From Eutreptiella sp. 'Long Island Sound 2002' (Eukaryota; Protista; Euglenida): a DNA stretch of 64,000 nucleotides. A program made the position numbers and the translations under genes. Location: contig OZ038379.1 of assembly GCA_964036045.1 (NCBI GenBank), forward strand, positions 4,712,001 through 4,776,000. The letters are read 5' to 3'. The notes below the pieces were generated by a model. The model made no database searches. It was not told where the DNA came from and worked only from the letters and a program-made list of their open reading frames with translations. This document shows positions 51,701 through 64,000 of the stretch, one piece after another. How positions within the stretch are numbered: position 1 is the stretch's first letter; each line of letters begins with the position of its first letter.

Positions 51701-52835
51701 GATAGGCGACTTCTAGACCATTCTTCTCACAATTTACCACGTACGGCAACGTGGTAACATAGTTCTTTCCAGCGGCATTGGGGCCCAACACAGCGGGCAC
51801 CCACCAATGGTTAGTGGCCATTGGTTTGCGCTTGTCGTCGAAGCACATCAAGTTGTACCGGGGCACGGCTTCGCTACCACTGCGCCAAGTAAGCAAAAAG
51901 ATGTGATTCGCACGTGAACTACGATCGCAAGAAGTGTACAAGTGGCACCAAACCCGCATAATTTGCATTACAATCGTGGAAATAATCTCAGAGTGCGTGT
52001 CGTTGCGTGTTCCTTGGTTGCAGAATTGCTTTTTCGTTTCCTTGTTGCCTGTTGCTTGTTGGTAGTTGCTTGTTGCTTGTTGCTTGTTGCTAGTTGCTTG
52101 TTGGTGGTTGCTTTGTTGCTGCTGCTAGTTGCTTGTTGTGGTTGTTGGTTGCTAGTTGCTCCTGGATGGTTGCCTATCGCTTGTAGCTAGCTGCTCCCTT
52201 CAACCAGCAATAAAGTTCAAAATGCGCACACAACCCCGAGCGCATGAAATAATGATTCATTGAATCACACAACTCGTGGGGAATGAGATGAGCGACGACC
52301 TGCGGACAGTTCCAAGGTATCCTTCTGCCTCAGGGTTACGTGTTGAAACGGGAGGAAAAGTGTCCGGGAGAGTTTTTGGTGCCTTTGGCGTTGGCAACGG
52401 TTTTGGAGACGGACGTGGAGAGGGCTTTGGTTTCGGCGAAGCGCCACCACTTCTATCCCAGAAGCAGGCTTTCGCACCATCTTTTTTCACCGACTTGGCC
52501 TAGAGCGATGGGAATGCGGACGGAAACGGGAACTATTCGTCGCATGAGCGGCACGCAATCGTCACTATTGTGGCATTCAAGCGCAACCATACTTTGCTGC
52601 CCGTCATACGACACATAAGTGTCCCGGCCTTGTTCTTTGCTACTACCCCGATTTTGCACCCCGGGGTTGTAACACACAAACCGCAACACTGACCCTCGTC
52701 GTTCACCGGGAGGGTTTTGATGTCATGTCCATCGTACGAAGTTCCTTCTTGGCACACGCACTTTGGACCCATCGGTGGTGCACCGCAAGTAGATAAAATG
52801 AGGCATAACCAAACGAGACACCCGAGCCGGAGCAT
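30183..52835 (-). CDS. Secreted endo-1,3(4)-beta-glucanase, glycoside hydrolase family 81, with N-terminal PAN/Apple domain; final exon unresolved
   Basis: 20 phase-consistent GT-AG exons (2717 nt): 52835-52593, 52499-52300, 51879-51669, 51569-51386, 50906-50827, 50326-50231, 49320-49132, 48059-47772, 45475-45291, 42203-42129, 41975-41826, 41740-41671, 40834-40750, 38366-38263, 34804-34694, 34389-34321, 34173-34057, 33451-33401, 31158-31084, 30316-30183. GH81 motifs: PMATNHWW, VRGSPYIT, ALPHH, YDRSWGG, DFGNAYYNDHHFHYGYFI, RDIANPS, GHSWA, QESTSEAVNA, HGIQLLP, GNSLTNTL. Confidence 0.92.
31990..32900 (-). pseudogene. Possible decayed ORF in a GH81 intron: B-box-like Zn finger and Tudor/SH3-like segment
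   Basis: CFSCDGTPHMACHECKVLHCALH (ORF 32427..32900) and MDLRLGDRVFYTHSNGVLVPATVVGMAGDGFIHLEYY (ORF 31986..32216); pattern recognition only. Confidence 0.35.
32480..32600. repeat. AGC/AAC microsatellite with a short duplicated flank
   Basis: cacaccacgacgggtgt occurs twice, followed by (agc)n(aac)n. Confidence 0.85.
33748..33786. repeat. (AAC)13 microsatellite
   Basis: Direct reading. Confidence 0.95.
34057..34804 (-). CDS. GH81 C-terminal exons 34804-34694, 34389-34321, 34173-34057
   Basis: LLQMEVHSTNFYWH...IYPK / TIVGIVHDLIVEFQTYFGS / NGFFVHGIQLLPVTP. Confidence 0.9.
35405..36340 (-). mobile_element. Decayed hAT-family transposase (C-terminal dimerisation domain) in a GH81 intron
   Basis: LRVFDP...DFDVVQWWERACNHMGLANLGCVALNALTFPVTTTVAEGSF fits the hAT WW-x-PxL-xxA-xxL-xxP-xxS-xxE-RxFS pattern; stops, frameshifts and an insertion upstream; TIRs not found. 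Confidence 0.7.
35722..36037. repeat. 238-bp insertion flanked by a perfect 39-bp direct repeat
   Basis: ccttgttgcttgcttggggaccttgctgtttcaggggcg at 35722-35760 and 35999-36037. Confidence 0.9.
38040..38162 (-). mobile_element. Family B left-end fragment with hairpin
   Basis: gcgcctcgtcTgacgaggcgc at 38138-38158; reverse complement matches 5403-5440. Confidence 0.65.
38263..38366 (-). CDS. GH81 exon with catalytic ESTSE motif
   Basis: GHSWALGIYSDPNGKGQESTSEAVNAWYG; both catalytic Glu intact. Confidence 0.93.
40005..40110 (-). repeat. Family E, about 105-bp dispersed repeat (partner 62875-62985)
   Basis: cgaacgtgttttggttgtgtcaacggagcccctggatg...gggctgttgcc is inverted relative to 62875-62985. 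Confidence 0.85.
41205..41270. repeat. Three-copy 21-bp tandem repeat
   Basis: aatcgacgacggttggcagta-type units. Confidence 0.7.
41671..42203 (-). CDS. GH81 catalytic-domain exons 42203-42129, 41975-41826, 41740-41671
   Basis: LLIYDRSWGGVISCGC / DPNFDFGNAYYNDHHFHYG / YFIYSSAVLAKFD. Confidence 0.92.
42347..43507 (-). mobile_element. Family C copy 3 (reverse) in a GH81 intron, flanked by CCCTAA repeats
   Basis: Subterminal IRs at 42371-42383 and 43479-43491; ccttaaccctaatc on the left, gaccctaaccctaacc on the right. Confidence 0.82.
44390..45030. repeat. GGCAGTG-based minisatellite (44390-44880) followed by (TGGTG/TGGGG)n
   Basis: Repeated gggcagtgggcagtgg...ctcctgc...cactgcc; G-rich pentamer run 44890-45030. 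Confidence 0.9.
47772..48059 (-). CDS. GH81 exon with ALPHH motif
   Basis: VAKGTLVQYHY...TMIALPHHL...; ctccag acceptor, AAG|gtttgt donor. Confidence 0.88.
52050..52190. repeat. Degenerate (GTTGCTT)n simple repeat in GH81 intron 2
   Basis: Direct reading. Confidence 0.8.
52300..52499 (-). CDS. GH81 exon 2: end of PAN domain and Pro/Lys/Ser linker
   Basis: AKSVKKDGAKACFWDRSGGASPKPKPSPRPSPKPLPTPKAPK; GT-AG, phases fit neighbours. Confidence 0.8.
52593..52835 (-). CDS. GH81 exon 1: signal peptide and PAN/Apple domain
   Basis: MLRLGCLVWLCLILSTCGA then CQEGTSYDGHDIKTLPVNDEGQCCGLCVTTPGC, a PAN_4-type cysteine pattern. Confidence 0.8.
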
Positions 52836-52840
52836 CGGAC

Positions 52841-52862
52841 CTAAGAACGGTGAAACGAAAAA
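52841..52862 (-). promoter_or_regulatory. Candidate spliced-leader trans-splice acceptor (outron end) 5 nt upstream of the GH81 ATG
   Basis: Minus strand tttttcgtttcaccgttcttAG|gtccgATG: pyrimidine tract plus AG with no obvious upstream coding exon. SL trans-splicing is established in euglenozoans. Confidence 0.5.
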
Positions 52863-53184
52863 ATATCCCTCTACAAGTCAGGGCGTCGGATGTTAAGCAA
52901 TGCACATAGTTCAACGGTATTTCTATTGCAAATTGTTCTCGCGTGCGCTACGTAGGTGGCAATGATGTCGAACCCGCCGTAGTGCTAAGGCTTCACTTGC
53001 ACGAGTCTCCTTTTACAAAATATGAGTGTCGTAATGTCCCCTTGTTGCAAAACTCCGAATGAGTGCAGATATCGCTAGTCAACCGCGGGAATCTCGAAGG
53101 CACCAACGCAACAGGTTACAAGAAGAAACGTCACGTTCAACGTAAGGAGCAACTTGTGGTACTTCCCTTACCTACGTCCATGCA

Positions 53185-53850
53185 CTGCTTTGCAGTGCAG
53201 TGCACCACTGCACTGCAACGTTGCACACCCTGGCGCTACATTGCCCTACATTGCAGTGCAGTGCACAACACTACACTGCAACGTTGCGCTACATTGCATC
53301 ACATTGCAGTGCGATGCACAACATTGCACTACAACACTGTACCCCTTGGCGCTGCCTTGCACTACATTGCAGTGCAGTGCACTAAATTACACTACATTGC
53401 AGTGCACAACACTGCACTACAACATTGCACACCTTTGCGGTACATTGCACTTCAACAAGGCACAACCTTGCGCTGCATGGCACTACAGTGCAGTGCAGTG
53501 CACAACACTGCACTGCAACGCACAACTTTGCGCTGCAGTGCACCCCATTGCCTGGCAGTGCACTGCAACATGGCACAGATTTGCGCTACATTGCAACACC
53601 CAGAGCACAAGGTGCAGTGCACAACATTGCCCTGCAACGTTGCACAACTTTGCGCTCCATTGCACTGCATGGCAGTGCAGTGCACAACATTGCAGTGCAC
53701 TGCACAACACTGCACTGCAACAAAGCACACCTTTGCGCTGCAATGCAGTGCTGTGCACAACATTGCTGCAGTGCAGTGCACACTGACACTTTGCGCACAA
53801 GAGGAATGTAGTGCACAAACATTGCACTGCAACGTTGCACAACTTAGCAC
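53185..53850. repeat. TGCA-rich palindromic minisatellite (hairpin array) in the divergent GH81/UGGT intergenic region
   Basis: Recurrent tgcagtgcagtg-cacaa-cactgcactgca (12-bp stem at 53489-53517) and gcaacgttgc palindromes. Confidence 0.9.
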
Positions 53851-54180
53851 TCGCGCAGTTTCGAGAAAAGGCTGTGGCGATTGGGGCTCGCAAAACGGCA
53901 GGATTGACTTGTGGGTGCATTATGGCACTGCTGATGCACCCGTTGGCCTTCCAAACATAAAACTGAGCGGAGATCTTTTTGAAAAAACTTCAGGCCCAAC
54001 CTGGGTGGGCCGAGGGTCGGGCATACAAAGCTGGACCGAAAGTTAGGCGCACGGTTTCGAGTAAAGGCTGTGGCAATTGCAGCTCATAAGACGGATTGCC
54101 TTGTGGGTGCATCGTGTATTTGCTGATGCACCTGTTTGCCCTGCAACCACAAAACTGAGCGGAGAACCTTTTGTGAAAAT
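53850..54180. repeat. Two diverged tandem copies, about 200-bp period
   Basis: gtttcgag-aaaggctgtggc-attg...ttgtgggtgcat...tgctgatgcacc...aaaactgagcggaga at about 53858 and 54055. Confidence 0.8.
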
Positions 54181-54339
54181 CACCAAGAGAGGTTGTTAGA
54201 TCAAGCGCAGGCGCGGGCGTCGTATAGGCCTACCGCGTGCGCGACAGACCCAGAGCGCAACTTACCTTACCGTTAAGCGGCGCGGGAACAGAAGGGCAAG
54301 CTTTGCCCCTGTGAGTGCTGGGGGATGGGCCCAAGCGTA

Positions 54340-61640
<7,301 letters not shown>

Positions 61641-62874
61641 GTATTACTGAGCGTGAATGCAGCAACTGTCTGAGTCGAACCCTCCGCCCCCTGTCCCCCC
61701 GCCCCCCCCTTACGTCGCCTTTATGGCAACGCACCGTCGGTTGCTGCCGGTGTCCGTTGCATTATGTGCCACTCAGGGGGTACCAACCATTTGGGAGGGG
61801 GGGCAGGGCGGTAGGCCCGGTCCAACCACGCGTTCTCCTACGTGGGTTTCTCACAAGTGACTGTCGCTGCGGAAGCAATTTTCGGGGCGGATCCGAGGCG
61901 ATCTTTAGGGAGTCATATGTGTTGTGACCCCGGTCTGGACGGGAGTGCTGGGGTTCCGGCTCTGCACGCATCTACCCCCCCCCCCTTTGCCTTTGCCAGT
62001 CGCCCCCCCCCCCCCCCGGCGCAGCGACCACCCCCTGGTCAAAACAGCGCTCTTCCCTGCACTCATTTTTTGAAAAGGGCTGTGTTTTCATGGAGAGGGA
62101 CGAATTGTGGTGCCTGCAGCACAAAAATTCATGTATGCGGGACGAATGTTGATGCATGTGAGATGACAATTGAGGTACACAGGACGAAAATGGAGGCAAG
62201 TAGGACGATGTACAGACAAAAGCTGAGGCAAACTGCAATGACTGCTGTCCTTGTCTACCACGGAGAACATCCCCAATGAAGATTTGCGGACGCCTCTCGA
62301 GCGTGCCTTCTTCCCCAACAATTTGAGGCTTGCTCAGCTTGAAGATGTTGCGCATTGGGCAGCAAACCACCCAATGACCACCATTTCCTCTGGGAAGGGT
62401 ATTTGGCATTCTGCCCCCGGTGCAGCCATGTTTTAGAAGCCGAAAACGGTGAGGAGAAGGGTCACACACACGCACACACACGCACACCCTATCAACCCCC
62501 CGGGTCCAAACCTCTAAGTCGTCCGAAAATTGGAATGTGGCCAATGCAGAAGAACTCCAGTGCTTTTGGCGCCACTGATGTGCCATATGATGCAACCTTC
62601 TTTGTCCACTGTCCACAGGTGAAACAATTTATCAGCTTTGTGGTTGGTGGGCTGTGAGTGTACACTATCCAGAGCCCACCAGTAATTACCAGCAGCCATC
62701 CAGAGCTCACTGGGAATTAACAGCAACCAACGAAAGCCCACCAGGAATTACGAGCAACAATCTCCAGCCCACTAGGAAATAACATTGACCATCCCAAACC
62801 CACCCTGTAGTGGCATCATTCTGGCGCCTATGGCACCAAAACCTCTCAAATGCCAGTTGCTAAGGAGGAACCCC

Positions 62875-62985
62875 CCGTGAACGGTACCGGCAACAGCCCG
62901 TCTCCGGGACAGCCGACCCTGGAGTAGTCAAACAGGACAAGGCATCCAGGGGCTCCGTTGACACAACCAAAACACGTTCGCACCC
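62875..62985 (+). repeat. Family E copy (partner 40005-40110)
   Basis: Reverse-complement match to 40005-40110. Confidence 0.85.
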
Positions 62986-63065
62986 ACATGTCAATTGCAA
63001 GCTCTGCCATGAGAGTGTCAGATAAAACCTGAAGCCCGGCATATGCAACCGGAGTACTCACCCCA

Positions 63066-64000
63066 CAAACCATGCATGGAACAAGTTACTACATGAATGC
63101 ACATGCCTATTTCTACCAGGGGTAGTGAACAATGATGGAGTGTGTCATGCAGCCCCTAGTGGTAAGTCCATTTTCAGAAAGCATCGGTGTGATAACTGGT
63201 AGCACCTCCAAAGCCAGATATTTTTTCTGCTTGAGGTGTTATGATCTGGGTGAGTGCAATAGCTGTTTGTTGACAACAGCGTTAGGTGGTAGACAGTGTC
63301 GAAACTGCAGTCACACTGAGAGGGAAATGTTTTATGTGGTGGGCACACTCTGTCCACAATGCAGTTGCTAAGAGTCAATTCCAAAACTGGTCATGGTTGT
63401 TGTTTGTAGAGGAGGCATTGAATTGTGCCACACCATCAGATGGCATGGTTGCTCTTTCGATGTGCAACTGTGAAGAAGTATGGTGAAGATTGTGGTGTTT
63501 TTCCCCATGTTTTCAGGAGATTATTCTTTTTATGTGCTGCGTAATTGGAAGTTATGTTTTTACACTCCATGAGAGTACCAGGGGCATTGTGTTACTTTAT
63601 ATTTTGCCATGAATTGTACACCTTGTTAGTACCTTCACAGTCATACACACCATGAGATGCGTCAAAGTGTAGTAGAAGTGGATTGCATTTATTCATGCAC
63701 ATTTTGCAAAGTGATTTTGAGATTGATGTGATATGGCCCCGGTAGCATGCCACAATTTCATGGGATGCAGCCGTTGATTTGCAATGGCATTCCCATCATC
63801 ATAGGCTTGATGCCTCTCTCATGATGTGAGGTAGGCATAGGTTGGGTGTTGAACAAGTGTGAAGTTGTAGCTGTACAGCCGATGTTGACAGTTGATGCCG
63901 TATCTGTCTGCATCACAAACCATGCATGGAACAAGTTATTACATGAATGCACATGCCTGTTACTACCAGGGGTAGTGAACAATGATGGAGTGTGTCATGC
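63066..64000 (-). repeat. Family D copy (63749-64000) plus a partial duplicate (63066-63150)
   Basis: caaaccatgcatggaacaagtta...ggtagtgaacaatgatggagtgtgtcatgc occurs at about 63066 and 63916. Confidence 0.85.

Noticed and set aside
53063-54046. 327-aa Cys/His-rich ORF (metallothionein-like)
   Set aside because: ORFs are open in several frames on both strands because the TGCA repeat lacks stops; no splice or codon support.
62251-62620. Next UGGT exon
   Set aside because: No phase-2 acceptor giving an open frame with UGGT-like sequence was found.

Overview
Eukaryotic, intron- and repeat-rich 64-kb window. It is most likely from a photosynthetic euglenid. This is an inference from a green-type LHCII fragment with a polyprotein-linker remnant, TTAGGG repeats, a GH81 beta-1,3-glucanase and an outron-like acceptor. 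Three host genes were rebuilt by hand with phase-consistent GT-AG splicing. (1) A + strand coiled-coil protein with IQ motifs and a Gln/Met-rich tail (908-9722, 5' end unresolved). (2) A - strand secreted PAN/Apple + Pro/Lys linker + GH81 endo-beta-1,3-glucanase (20 exons, 52835 to 30183, about 905 codons, last exon unresolved). (3) A + strand UDP-glucose:glycoprotein glucosyltransferase (UGGT; 54340 to 61640, continuing beyond). GH81 and UGGT are head-to-head across 1.5 kb containing an array of TGCA-rich hairpins. The rest is nested repeats: an intronless LHCII-polyprotein pseudogene inside a composite repeat, a family with asymmetric subterminal inverted repeats sitting in TTAGGG-like tracts, a family with covarying terminal hairpins, about 200-bp satellite arrays in inverted orientation, a decayed hAT transposase, a tRNA-like SINE head and microsatellites. 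No CRISPR, rRNA or intact tRNA was seen. All assignments are by eye; no searches were run.
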